From a virus: a stretch of DNA of 64,000 bases. The notes beneath the pieces were generated by a model that saw only the letters and a list, made by a program, of their open reading frames with translations, was not told the origin of the DNA and ran no database searches. The stretch is from positions 32,001 to 96,000 of IMG/VR virus record IMGVR_UViG_3300017792_000017, one strand, 5' to 3'. Numbering within the stretch: the first letter of the stretch is position 1; each line of letters begins with the position of its first letter. Below are positions 19,313-29,223 of the stretch, in pieces. The position numbers and the translations under genes were made by a program.

Positions 19313-22300
19313 TTAAGCTACGTGACCACCAACTTCAGATGAGCTGGATGTCGTATCTTCTGTTTTAGCTGTTGCAACAGAGTTATTAATGAAGTCAGCA
19401 ACTTCCTGATAATCCAAGAACAGGCTAGCACCTGGCTCAAGCAATGTTGCAGAATCCAATGCAGGGTTCTGATAACTGATTGATGTTGGATTGTAGTTAG
19501 TAGGCGTCAAATCAATAAACGTAATACCAAACTTGGTTTGAATACTTTTCTTACCTTCAATAGGTCTCATAACAAGACGTAAATTACCTACTGCTGTCAA
19601 GAAGTCATTAGCCTCGCCGCCATTAGCAGTAGGCTTTGATGTTTCCGTGCTTTCAACTAACAATCCAGATGAGCGTTTAACTGGAATAACTCGACCCATC
19701 TCAAAATCATACAGATCATCGATTGCAACTGCGCTTACACCCAATACACTCTTGTAGAATTCATCTGCTGCAAACTTAGCTGCTTCATTAAATAGAATCG
19801 TGCTATTCACTTGCAAGTCGTCAGGAGGATTACCATATCCATCGCCATCTGTTGAAGACTTGCCTGATTGACCAGGTTCAGTATTAACAATGGCAAGAGC
19901 CGTCTGAAGCCAAGGATGAAGTGGCTGCATGTAATAGTTAACCATCTCAGTATATGTACACGCTGCAACGAAGCCAATGCTTGTCGAAATACCACGTGAA
20001 GTAAATGAGTGAGTCACTGATGAGCACATTGCATGGAAGCTTGGCGCATTAGGCGAATCATCCAGAATCTCCATTGGATAACCTGGGACAATATACGGAT
20101 TGAAAATGCCATCAACGTTGCCCATACGAGAAGCAACCACAGCCTTAGTATACTCGTAATCTGCCGTAGCAAAGAGTAAGCGTTGAAACGGATGAATATC
20201 AGACTTCTGTGAGTATGGGTCTAGCGAATCCTTATCTGTGTTACGCGTATCTTCTGACGTGCCATCATCAAAGACTGTAACATCGAAACCATACCGATCA
20301 ATCCAGGCTGCATGCAAATCACAAAGAGCTTTATAGTCCGGATCAGTCTTGTCAGGCCACGTTTCATTATTGGGCGAACCAATGTCCTGAATCTTACCCT
20401 TAAGCAACTGTGCAAGCCAGTTAGGCAGAGTGATACGCTTATGACGAACACCTCGGCCTACTTCATATTTACCAGGCACGTTAAAGGACTGACCCGTAGT
20501 ACCTTGAAGGTTTACTTGCAAGTTTGTGCCTTTAGCAGCATTTGACATAGCTGCGCCATATGCCACGGCTTCACGAATAGAATTCGGAGCACGATACTGG
20601 CTACCGATCTGACCTTGACTTCCCGGAATAATATCTGAGAAAGCTGACAGACGGCTAGGAATCTGCGACTCGTCCTGAGTAACGTTGATAGTTCCATACA
20701 TCTTAGGAAACAATACATTACAAATAGGGCTATAGTAAAACGGAATCTGTGGCTTAATGATTGTCTCAATAGCCATTTTATCAACAGACGCATATGTCGA
20801 TGGAATATCCATGTTACCTACGTTAGCATCTGGATCTACTGGAACTTCTGCAGGGCTCGCCAGAGTCAGAATTTCATACTCTACTGCTGAGTAGAAATCA
20901 GAGAACATCTGCAGAAACGTAGTCAACTCCCCTGAGAAGCCAAGCATATTACCGATGGTGCTAACTGCGAGGGAAGACTTGATTGCTGAAATGCTATTAA
21001 GTCTGTACGCAGGAGGGACCATCACTGGCTTAGCAGTAGATGAAGGCGTGACTCCGCCTGGACAATAGTCCTGCTTGCTAGTATCGATAAGATTTTCGAT
21101 TATTGTGTGTCCTGCCATGCGGTCAAAGAAACCAAGTCCATCCTCAACGAGAGGGATGTACATGTCAGCCATAATAGTATTAAGCGTAATATCAGCGTAG
21201 CATTCCTTCTTCAATTGATTCCAGAAATTCATGATAGCTGAAGGCATACCTATCAGTCTTTTTTCAAAGTTCTGGAAACGCTTGCTAAGCTTCGATACGT
21301 CGGCTTGAGAGACAGTTGTGTTACTTGGGTCAAGCAAGTCTTTGGAATCGCTCTGGAGGCCTGTAATGCCCTGCAAAGCCTTAATAATTGCCAAGGTTGA
21401 GTTCAGGTTGTTTACCTTAGCTGTAGCTTGGTCTGGATTCTGGTCATTTAGAATCGTAGTAGCGTTTGAAGCATAGCCTGAAAACTCCAGAGTCACAGTA
21501 GAGAGCAAAGAGTTCTTGTGTTCACAATGGAACGTAATGCTTGAGCTACTATTCTGTCTTGACTTAGAGTAGTTACCTACAAGAATATGTCCCCAGAATA
21601 GAAGACGATCTCCCCCGTAGTTCTTATCTGAGTAAAAGATATGTACTTTGGGTTGGTAGTAACGAGCGATGTCAAGCAGACCTGGCTGTGGCGGGATCTG
21701 AATACTTGCCGTAGGTAGAGAACCAATACCTTGAGAAATAGAAATAGCCTCGAAGGGAACTTGTACGCCTTCGATGTAAAGTTTGACATCTTGGTAGATA
21801 ATGTCAGTGTTATTAACTGTGCCGTCAACCTTGCCCTCATCAACTGCTGAAACACCTGCAACACCAAATACACTAGCTGCGGCTGAATCTGCACTGGTAG
21901 CTCCGGATACTAGATCAATAGCTGAGCTTGCAGCAGTTGAAATAGCATTCTTAGCTGCAACTACACTTGCTACTGTACTGTTCACAGCAGAGACCGCTGA
22001 ATTGACTGTGTTTGTAGCTGTGTTAAATACAGACGTGACTAATGCATCAGCAGTGTTACCTGCACCTACAAGAGCAGCATTACCAATACTTAGAGCAGGT
22101 GATACGAAACTTCCGTCAATAGCTGAAAAGGAGTTAGCTAAATTGCTAACACCACTAGAAATTGCCTGAGTCGAGGCTGTTTGAATATCAAAAAGAGTTA
22201 CGCTAGTGCCGGAAGGGAAAGCAGCGTTAAAACTAGAGTCAACCGCAGCATACGCATTGTTGGTAGCTGTTGCGATTGCATCTTGCTGTCCTGGCCCCGT

Positions 22301-22528
22301 GGCTTGAGATAGGGCGAAGTTGCTCATCTGGGTAACAGGATTGTATAGCTGACTGCTATAGTCTGTGTTACCAAGAGAGGCGTTAACCGAACCCAGTGTT
22401 TGATTACGAATTGAATTAATCGACGTCCCAGCCTGTGAGAACGTCGTGCTCGTAATTTTTGATAATCCCTTGTTCTGGGACATCACTGTGTTAATGGTTA
22501 CATTTTTGATTGCGTCGAATAAAGACAT
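19313..22528 (-). CDS. Baseplate hub-like large tail protein
   Basis: 1071 aa; S/A/T-rich N-terminus; VKLYIEGVQVPF; FNPYIVPGYP...SVTHSF; downstream of tape measure. Confidence 0.55.
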   Translation of the reverse strand: MSLFDAIKNVTINTVMSQNKGLSKITSTTFSQAGTSINSIRNQTLGSVNASLGNTDYSSQLYNPVTQMSNFALSQATGPGQQDAIATATNNAYAAVDSSFNAAFPSGTSVTLFDIQTASTQAISSGVSNLANSFSAIDGSFVSPALSIGNAALVGAGNTADALVTSVFNTATNTVNSAVSAVNSTVASVVAAKNAISTAASSAIDLVSGATSADSAAASVFGVAGVSAVDEGKVDGTVNNTDIIYQDVKLYIEGVQVPFEAISISQGIGSLPTASIQIPPQPGLLDIARYYQPKVHIFYSDKNYGGDRLLFWGHILVGNYSKSRQNSSSSITFHCEHKNSLLSTVTLEFSGYASNATTILNDQNPDQATAKVNNLNSTLAIIKALQGITGLQSDSKDLLDPSNTTVSQADVSKLSKRFQNFEKRLIGMPSAIMNFWNQLKKECYADITLNTIMADMYIPLVEDGLGFFDRMAGHTIIENLIDTSKQDYCPGGVTPSSTAKPVMVPPAYRLNSISAIKSSLAVSTIGNMLGFSGELTTFLQMFSDFYSAVEYEILTLASPAEVPVDPDANVGNMDIPSTYASVDKMAIETIIKPQIPFYYSPICNVLFPKMYGTINVTQDESQIPSRLSAFSDIIPGSQGQIGSQYRAPNSIREAVAYGAAMSNAAKGTNLQVNLQGTTGQSFNVPGKYEVGRGVRHKRITLPNWLAQLLKGKIQDIGSPNNETWPDKTDPDYKALCDLHAAWIDRYGFDVTVFDDGTSEDTRNTDKDSLDPYSQKSDIHPFQRLLFATADYEYTKAVVASRMGNVDGIFNPYIVPGYPMEILDDSPNAPSFHAMCSSVTHSFTSRGISTSIGFVAACTYTEMVNYYMQPLHPWLQTALAIVNTEPGQSGKSSTDGDGYGNPPDDLQVNSTILFNEAAKFAADEFYKSVLGVSAVAIDDLYDFEMGRVIPVKRSSGLLVESTETSKPTANGGEANDFLTAVGNLRLVMRPIEGKKSIQTKFGITFIDLTPTNYNPTSISYQNPALDSATLLEPGASLFLDYQEVADFINNSVATAKTEDTTSSSSEVGGHVA

Positions 22529-22530
22529 TA

Positions 22531-23382
22531 TTAGTTCACGTTAGCATAGATACAATTGATAGCAAGAACGTAAAGCGCTCTTTCAAGCGTATCGTTAACT
22601 GTATCTATATAATCCCTGTACTCTTGTGGGATTATGTCTACTTCCTTTGTATACTCTACAATTAATTCTAGCTTATTCTGAGGAATTAAGCTACCCAACA
22701 GAAGTGATCGGATAGGAAGTAACTGTGAAGGAAGCGGTTTCATTCCCAGTAGAGAACCGGAATATGTCTTTGCTAAGTAAACAAGATAAGGTGCTCTGTT
22801 GTAGCTTGAGAAGTGCACAACTACGTTATCATCAGTAGCAAGCGGAGTATTAAACGTAAGAACCTGATTGGCAACAGTATAGGTACTGGCATCCTGAGCT
22901 ACACCATCTACATAAATAGATGTGAACTGATAAGTGTTATCAGGAGCGCTGAGTGGCCATGTGTTTTCACCAGCCGATGCCTTAATAACGTCGGTAGAAG
23001 AAATGTACTCTGGCTGAATGATTACTCGTGTTCCAATTGCAGGAACATCTAAGCGTTGATTGCTTGCATGATAGCATGCTTGGCACACTCCCCCTTTTGA
23101 AATACAGGTAGAGAGGGTACGTGTAGCTATTAAGTAAATACCTTGAAACAGAAGATTGTCGATTCTATCTCGACTAATAATCTGTCCTGTAGCTAGCTCT
23201 ACAGCACCTTCTAGTTCGTAGTTGACGGTTTGAAAAAGTCCAAGCGTAGTATTGCAATTCGTTTCTACAATAGGAACATTCGGAGTAAAGATCATACTAG
23301 CCAGGCTAGTTACATCTTTATTCTGATTGGGTACGAAGTCGTAAATGTCTTCAAAAACTAAAAGGCTTGAATAGCTTCTCAT
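22531..23382 (-). CDS. Baseplate-region protein with RNAP beta'-like Zn module fused to a virion beta module
   Basis: IVETNCNTTLG ... RTLSTCISKGGVCQACY; then IYVDGVAQ...YTVANQVLTF. Confidence 0.55.
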   Translation of the reverse strand: MRSYSSLLVFEDIYDFVPNQNKDVTSLASMIFTPNVPIVETNCNTTLGLFQTVNYELEGAVELATGQIISRDRIDNLLFQGIYLIATRTLSTCISKGGVCQACYHASNQRLDVPAIGTRVIIQPEYISSTDVIKASAGENTWPLSAPDNTYQFTSIYVDGVAQDASTYTVANQVLTFNTPLATDDNVVVHFSSYNRAPYLVYLAKTYSGSLLGMKPLPSQLLPIRSLLLGSLIPQNKLELIVEYTKEVDIIPQEYRDYIDTVNDTLERALYVLAINCIYANVN

Positions 23383-24863
23383 AGTGATGCGCCTGATTGT
23401 GCTGTGTATTTCTTACCGGAATTTAGCAATGCTAGTTTCGATGGAGTAGTCCCCGATGAAGATAAGCTTGCCATCGGTTTGTTCTGTAGATATCCAGTAG
23501 TAATAGGTAGTCTTCCAGAGTTGACTAGCTCACCGATTGACTGAGATATTGTCTTAGGAGCATTGGTAATAACTCCCGCTGCGTTCTTAAGACCTCCAAG
23601 TGCAATACGTACTTGATTATCAATCGATGTAACTTGGCCGGTCAGGCCTTGAATCGTGTGATTAACGAGATTAACAATGCCTACAGCTTGGTTACTGATA
23701 TCTGAAACAGCACGGATTATATCACGTACAGGACTTGTAAGGGCATTGAATATCGAGTTTATAGAGCCCGCTGCATTTTTAACAAGCTTAGTCAGTGATG
23801 AAAGTACGCCATAGATAGGCGAGAACAGGCTCGCACGTAGTCCAGTCAAGTTTGCACTTACACTTGAAAAGATACCTGAAATCGTGTCTCCTGCGCTGCT
23901 TAGAGCAGAACCTACGGCTGAGCTTGCGCTTGATCCAGAGCCATCAGTTGTGAAGCCAAACGTATTGGCTCCTACTCCGAATGTATTTCCAAGATCAGAG
24001 ATACCGGCGCTTAAGCCAGAACCAATGCCAGTAATACCTGCTGCAATTTGACCTGAAGTAGATGTAGGATCTTGAATCAAACTCTGTAGACTAGACATGC
24101 TGTTCTTAACTGTGTTAATACCTGCCTGACTAACGAAGTTAGGAATAGCATCGAAGTTGATTAGTCCACTGTCGCTAGATGTGGGTACGCCAGGTACACG
24201 AATAGCAATAGGTACAAGTTGTTTGACAAGAAACTGGAATGAAAACTGAATGTCAGTATCACGGCTTGAATTCTGACCCCAATCAACGTGAGTAAATGAC
24301 CCAATCACGTACATGTTAGGCAGGACGAGTTTAACCAACTCATAGTTACGAGCTAGTTCTGTGCCTCGAAGAACTTGACCATACATGCTTAGAAATTCAG
24401 TGAACCATGAGTTATCTTGGCTATCAAAAATGTAGCCAGAAACGTTCATCATAATAGGCTGACGACCGAAGTAATAAGCTACTTCCCCATCTCCGAATGT
24501 CTCAGTGATCTGCAGTTTTTCATCAAGGCTACAGCGGATATCAGTTACAAAGAAATCAGCATATCCGCCAAACCCTCCACCGCCATTAATAGCTTGGTCA
24601 AGAGGGCCACCTGAAGCTGATAGTGAAGTACCGCCTAAGCCTTCGTTATGACCAGTCTGACGGTTCAGTGAAGCAGATCCATCGGTAGTCAATAGACGAA
24701 TATAAGCACGGCTTCCACGATCTCCACCTCCTACGTTAGCAGTGTTAGTGCCACGAGGACGCAATGTGAATAGCCGTTCTGTTTGAGTTACGGTCCCGTT
24801 ACTGTTCTGAACACTATTAGTGCTAGAAATAACTGAATCGCCAAATGTTAATTGTGTAGCCAT
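23379..24863 (-). CDS. Tail tube initiator/baseplate protein (putative)
   Basis: 494 aa; tube-like N-half (EKLQITETFGD..YYFGRQP), S/G-rich helical C-half. Confidence 0.5.
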   Translation of the reverse strand: MATQLTFGDSVISSTNSVQNSNGTVTQTERLFTLRPRGTNTANVGGGDRGSRAYIRLLTTDGSASLNRQTGHNEGLGGTSLSASGGPLDQAINGGGGFGGYADFFVTDIRCSLDEKLQITETFGDGEVAYYFGRQPIMMNVSGYIFDSQDNSWFTEFLSMYGQVLRGTELARNYELVKLVLPNMYVIGSFTHVDWGQNSSRDTDIQFSFQFLVKQLVPIAIRVPGVPTSSDSGLINFDAIPNFVSQAGINTVKNSMSSLQSLIQDPTSTSGQIAAGITGIGSGLSAGISDLGNTFGVGANTFGFTTDGSGSSASSAVGSALSSAGDTISGIFSSVSANLTGLRASLFSPIYGVLSSLTKLVKNAAGSINSIFNALTSPVRDIIRAVSDISNQAVGIVNLVNHTIQGLTGQVTSIDNQVRIALGGLKNAAGVITNAPKTISQSIGELVNSGRLPITTGYLQNKPMASLSSSGTTPSKLALLNSGKKYTAQSGASL

Positions 24864-25090
24864 TAGTCTGTGACCTTAAAGTCTGTAACTTGTAATACAA
24901 CTGCTTGATTGAGGGTATCTAATTGCCCATCTAACCCACCAAGTTGAGGAGGGACATACGATAAGCCTTGCGATGTATAACGGATGTTATCAATCGCGCC
25001 TCTTACTTGGCTTAAGTAGATTTCATACGGTGACATCACAAGAAATCGTGGTGTAATGTATGAACTTGTAGATTTAGTAACTATAGGCAT
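24863..25090 (-). CDS. Hypothetical protein
   Basis: 75 aa; TAAAATA 5 nt upstream. Confidence 0.5.
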   Translation of the reverse strand: MPIVTKSTSSYITPRFLVMSPYEIYLSQVRGAIDNIRYTSQGLSYVPPQLGGLDGQLDTLNQAVVLQVTDFKVTD

Positions 25091-25107
25091 GATCGTATTT
25101 TATCCCT

Positions 25108-28100
25108 TTATTTTGGTGAACCATTGTTGCGTTGATTATTAGGAACCTTTAGGTCACTAGTTCCATTAAACGGGTTCAGAAAACTCCAGCTAGAGCCTGA
25201 ACCTGATGAACTACTACCACCCATTCCATCAGCAGCCTTTCCTAACTTATCAGCAGCACCGTCTAACTTGTCTACTGCAGCCTTGAATACTTCATTGTTC
25301 TTTTTGGAGTCAATGTTATTAAGGATATTCTGAGTAGTTGCAAAGTCATATCGACCTGAAGCAACTTTCTCATATGCCTTAGCATTCTCTTGACCTTCTA
25401 AGTCAAGGTGTTGCTGGAATCCTACTACATCGTTAAGACTCTGACTCGTAGCACCTTTCAGACCTTCTGTTTTTAGCTTCCCACCTGCTGCATAACCGAG
25501 TTGCTTAGAAACAATGTTTTCCATCGTAGCCGTATCGCCTGACTTCATGGCGGCAATAAATGCATCACGTTGTTTCTTATCTTGAATGCGATTAGGATTC
25601 TTCTTGAACTCATCGACGTTAAAACCACCGGTATAAGCCAGGTTACCTAATTGACCTAAGCCAGTTTCAACTGAACGCTTGTATGTATCAGTAATGTAAT
25701 CAACAGCTTCTCTATCACCACGGCCACCAACAAGACCCTTGACTTGGTCATATTGACCGCTGTTAAGCATGTCACGAATCTCAGCTTGGCTTGCACCACC
25801 AGCAATCTTGTTAGCAAGATCTGAAACCTGACCGATTGCATTTACTGAGTCAAGGAAGTTTTTACGGTGACCTTCTGGTATCTTCTCTTCGCCAAGAGTT
25901 TTAACAACGTCACCCATCAAACCCTTAACCTGGCCTTGTTGATTTTTAACTAATTCTTCGTGATTACCGAACGAACCTACATCATCAAGGAATGAGTCAA
26001 AGTTACCGCTTGACTCTCTTGAACCACCACCAGATAGAAGACCTGCTACGTTAGCCATATCTGCCTTGTTCTCTTTAAGCAGAGTTCCAAGAGCCTTGCT
26101 ACGACCTTGTTTATCCGTAGCATTAATAAACGCTTGAGCGTTCTTATTGCCTTGTTTAGCCAATGCGTTGATTTGTTGAGTGATCTTGATTGAGTCACTG
26201 CCCATCAATGTGTCGCCATTAGCAATACGGCTTCCTACACGGCCAAGATCAGTAAGAGTACGTCCCGAGAAGAAGTCATGGCCCTCATTAAGGAGGTTCA
26301 TACTAGTCTCAGCAGGAGCTTGATTGTTTGTCTTTCTGCCAGTAGTCATGGAGTCAATCACTTTATCCATGTCTGAAGTAGTGTAATTGTCACCGAATGA
26401 AGCACCGAACTGTAACCAATCAGCTCCGCTCTGAGTAGCATCACCAACTGCAGCTGAGCCTTCTGCAAACCAACCAGCAGCCTCACCCATCAACGATGTG
26501 ACGTTTCTGCCGCCTTTCATTAGACTACGTACAGTTCCACCGATAGCACCGCCATACAGATAGTTCTGGGATACGTACTGACGTAGTTGTTTCTGTGTCT
26601 GAGCATTACGTGCTTTAAGGCCTTGACGATATGTGCCTGGATCTGACTCAGCAGTACGTTGGGCGATATAAGCCTGAATTTCATCATCGCTCATACCCAT
26701 AACGCCTGACATTACGCCAGCCATCTGTTCAGCACTGTATTTACCGTTCTTATCCCTCTGGGTAGCCGTCGAATCAAGAATAGAAGTAATCTGATCTTCC
26801 AGAGCTAATGATCCACGCTCATCCATCTGCTTACCGCCAAGTACACGGCTATATAGATGCATTCCACCATACGCCTTCATAGGGTCACGACTGAAGTCTG
26901 ATCCAAACTGTGAAGTAACATTGGTAATGCTCATTCCAGGACCAGAATTACTAGATCCTGTACGGCCATTGATATATTGGTTGTACATTGCCATTTTGTT
27001 AAGCAACGTTTGTGAACCGTTAACCTGTGCTGTTAGCGATGCTTGTGTTGCACCTTCAACTCCACCCATACGAGCTATTTGCGAGGTATTGAGAATACCG
27101 TTACGTCTTGCTGTATCGAACGAACCAATGATGTTAGCAGCAGCCATTTGACCTAGATAAGGTGTCATGCCGTTTGCTTGGTATAGATACTGACCTTGAG
27201 CACCAACAGTGTTCATGATGTTCTGTACGCTACGGCCAGACACGGCTGCGCTTAGTCCAAGAGACATAAATGCTCTTGAAGCTTGGCTGTTAGGGCCTGA
27301 TACTGATGCGCCAGCACTGTGAAGCTTAGAAATTTCTTCAATAGCGTTCTTAATCGAAGGGTCACCGGCAATAGCCATTACTAGCTTGACTTGTTCAGCT
27401 ACGTCCTTGACACGTTGACTAATTTGCTTAACCTTGGTGTCATCCAGCATGCCTGAACGGGCAGTGTAGTCAGCAATGTTTGCATACTCGCCTGTCGAGA
27501 ACGAAAAGTCGTTAATACCTTGCTTAGTGATCTGCTGGGCGATCTGAGTAGACTCTCTGAAACCAAGTCCTTGACCTGTTACAGCATTACCTTGCGCGCC
27601 ATCAAATGTTACTCCCTGGAAGTTATCACGTAAGTCACGTGCTTCACGGCGAGTATTCATGTATGGGTTAAAGATGGTTCTTTGACCTACTTCCATCGCA
27701 GCTTGACCAACAGCTACGGGTAAGAACAATCTACCAGCTAGTCCACCTACAGCGCCAAGACCTCCTGTAAGTCCACGTCCAACAAAGCCAGGCATATATC
27801 CGCCCATGCCTGAAGCAATACCTGCTCCAAGTGCACGACCTGTAGATCTACCAGCCCAAGCGCCTATTCCAGACGTGTACTTGAATGCAGCGCCGAAAGC
27901 TAATGCTGGAGCAGCAATACGTTGACCAGCCCAAACTACTGAATCAAACGGACGTGATGATACACCCTCCATAGTCTGAGTGTTGTTATCGATAGGATTA
28001 CCGTATCTAGGCTCTGACGAAGTAGGGTTAAGAATATTGTTAACACCAGCAAAGAAACCTACTCGACCATATTGATTGTATGGCTGAGGACCATCATATT

Positions 28101-28266
28101 GAGGTCTGTATCCTGCTGTGTAGCTAGGCGTAAGCAAATTCGGATCCATTCCGAAACCTGGATTCATATTCGCAGGGTTCATCGGATTGGCAAACGAATT
28201 GGTATACGTATCAGCCTGAGACTGATAAATGTTGCCGAGCATGTTATAAGCTGAAGGTGGGATCAT
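25108..28266 (-). CDS. Tape measure protein (putative)
   Basis: 1052 aa, G/A/Q-rich helical; immediately downstream of the frameshifting chaperone pair. Confidence 0.7.
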   Translation of the reverse strand: MIPPSAYNMLGNIYQSQADTYTNSFANPMNPANMNPGFGMDPNLLTPSYTAGYRPQYDGPQPYNQYGRVGFFAGVNNILNPTSSEPRYGNPIDNNTQTMEGVSSRPFDSVVWAGQRIAAPALAFGAAFKYTSGIGAWAGRSTGRALGAGIASGMGGYMPGFVGRGLTGGLGAVGGLAGRLFLPVAVGQAAMEVGQRTIFNPYMNTRREARDLRDNFQGVTFDGAQGNAVTGQGLGFRESTQIAQQITKQGINDFSFSTGEYANIADYTARSGMLDDTKVKQISQRVKDVAEQVKLVMAIAGDPSIKNAIEEISKLHSAGASVSGPNSQASRAFMSLGLSAAVSGRSVQNIMNTVGAQGQYLYQANGMTPYLGQMAAANIIGSFDTARRNGILNTSQIARMGGVEGATQASLTAQVNGSQTLLNKMAMYNQYINGRTGSSNSGPGMSITNVTSQFGSDFSRDPMKAYGGMHLYSRVLGGKQMDERGSLALEDQITSILDSTATQRDKNGKYSAEQMAGVMSGVMGMSDDEIQAYIAQRTAESDPGTYRQGLKARNAQTQKQLRQYVSQNYLYGGAIGGTVRSLMKGGRNVTSLMGEAAGWFAEGSAAVGDATQSGADWLQFGASFGDNYTTSDMDKVIDSMTTGRKTNNQAPAETSMNLLNEGHDFFSGRTLTDLGRVGSRIANGDTLMGSDSIKITQQINALAKQGNKNAQAFINATDKQGRSKALGTLLKENKADMANVAGLLSGGGSRESSGNFDSFLDDVGSFGNHEELVKNQQGQVKGLMGDVVKTLGEEKIPEGHRKNFLDSVNAIGQVSDLANKIAGGASQAEIRDMLNSGQYDQVKGLVGGRGDREAVDYITDTYKRSVETGLGQLGNLAYTGGFNVDEFKKNPNRIQDKKQRDAFIAAMKSGDTATMENIVSKQLGYAAGGKLKTEGLKGATSQSLNDVVGFQQHLDLEGQENAKAYEKVASGRYDFATTQNILNNIDSKKNNEVFKAAVDKLDGAADKLGKAADGMGGSSSSGSGSSWSFLNPFNGTSDLKVPNNQRNNGSPK

Positions 28267-28283
28267 GCCTTTATTTTAAAAAG

Positions 28284-28308
28284 AAAAAGCCGCTTTTTAG
28301 GGCGGCTT
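28284..28308 (-). terminator. Intrinsic terminator
   Basis: aagccgc/gcggctt stem with a minus-strand U-run. Confidence 0.7.
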
Positions 28309-28313
28309 CGGAA

Positions 28314-28685
28314 TTACTTAAATAGATGGTCAAGACCCTTGACGTTATAACCTGAGCCTGATTTCTCAAGAGTAGGTTTAAGATGCTTAACTACGTTTTC
28401 GTAGTATTCTAGCATTTGTACTTCCTTCTCTGTTTGTTCTGGCATTTCTGTATTGAATGCTAGTGATAAGTACTTAGCCCAATGTTTCTTTATGCTACTT
28501 GACCAATCCCGCGCTTTATTAGGATCGGAGATACTAGGGTTAGTCAAGGCAGTAAGCATGGTCATTTTCATCTTCTCGACTTCGAGTTGACTTTCTTTGG
28601 TCATGTACTCCCTATATATCCGATCATGCAGAGAACCAAGCGGAGGGACTTTCATTCCTGAGAGATGCAACTTCATTCTCTGCAT
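28314..28685 (-). CDS. Tail assembly chaperone, T part (reached by -1 frameshift)
   Basis: In the -1 frame relative to the upstream ORF and open back to the slippery site. Confidence 0.7.
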   Translation of the reverse strand: MQRMKLHLSGMKVPPLGSLHDRIYREYMTKESQLEVEKMKMTMLTALTNPSISDPNKARDWSSSIKKHWAKYLSLAFNTEMPEQTEKEVQMLEYYENVVKHLKPTLEKSGSGYNVKGLDHLFK

Positions 28686-28699
28686 CGCCCAGGAGTGTT

Positions 28700-29215
28700 T
28701 TAAAAATTTTCTTCTAGATCTTTACAGGCTTCGTTTACCTTGGCATCAAACTTATACAAGGCATCTAGCAGCATTGCAATAACAGGGCCAGGAAGACGTT
28801 TGATGAACTTCGCTTTATCTTCATTCTTAAGAGCTGACAGATCCCGGCCTTGATAGAAGGTAAGCGCATACTGAAGATTCAGAACCATCTTTGATTCATT
28901 CAGTGTTGCGATAAGATTAAACGACGTTGAATCGATGACTTTGCTAATCTGTTCAATGTCTTCTGCCGTTCTTGTCCTGAATTGAACCTTTAATTTGCCA
29001 CGAATTGTAACATCTTCAACGTATTCTCCTTGGAAGATAATCTCATCAAAGATACGCAGTAGCTCGTCTTTATCGTATTGAGGCTTTTCAGGAGTCTCGT
29101 CCTTTTTTTCTTCTGTAGGAAGTTCAGTAATTGGCTCTTTCTCAATCGCAACTTCTTCTTGTTTTGTAGCACGGCCACGCTTTGGCTTGTGCTCTGTAAA
29201 TTCAAACTCGCTCAT
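28700..29215 (-). CDS. Tail assembly chaperone, G part
   Basis: 171 aa acidic; ends GAA AAT TTT TAA; upstream of tape measure. Confidence 0.7.
   Translation of the reverse strand: MSEFEFTEHKPKRGRATKQEEVAIEKEPITELPTEEKKDETPEKPQYDKDELLRIFDEIIFQGEYVEDVTIRGKLKVQFRTRTAEDIEQISKVIDSTSFNLIATLNESKMVLNLQYALTFYQGRDLSALKNEDKAKFIKRLPGPVIAMLLDALYKFDAKVNEACKDLEENF
28703..28709 (-). promoter_or_regulatory. -1 ribosomal frameshift site A_AAU_UUU
   Basis: X XXY YYZ heptamer directly before the stop; -1 frame reads FLKHSWAMQRM into 28314..28685. Confidence 0.75.
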
Positions 29216-29223
29216 TTCTTTCC

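Noticed and set aside
22531-23382. Functional RNA polymerase subunit
   Set aside because: Only the Zn-module similarity; no catalytic motifs; fused to a virion-type module
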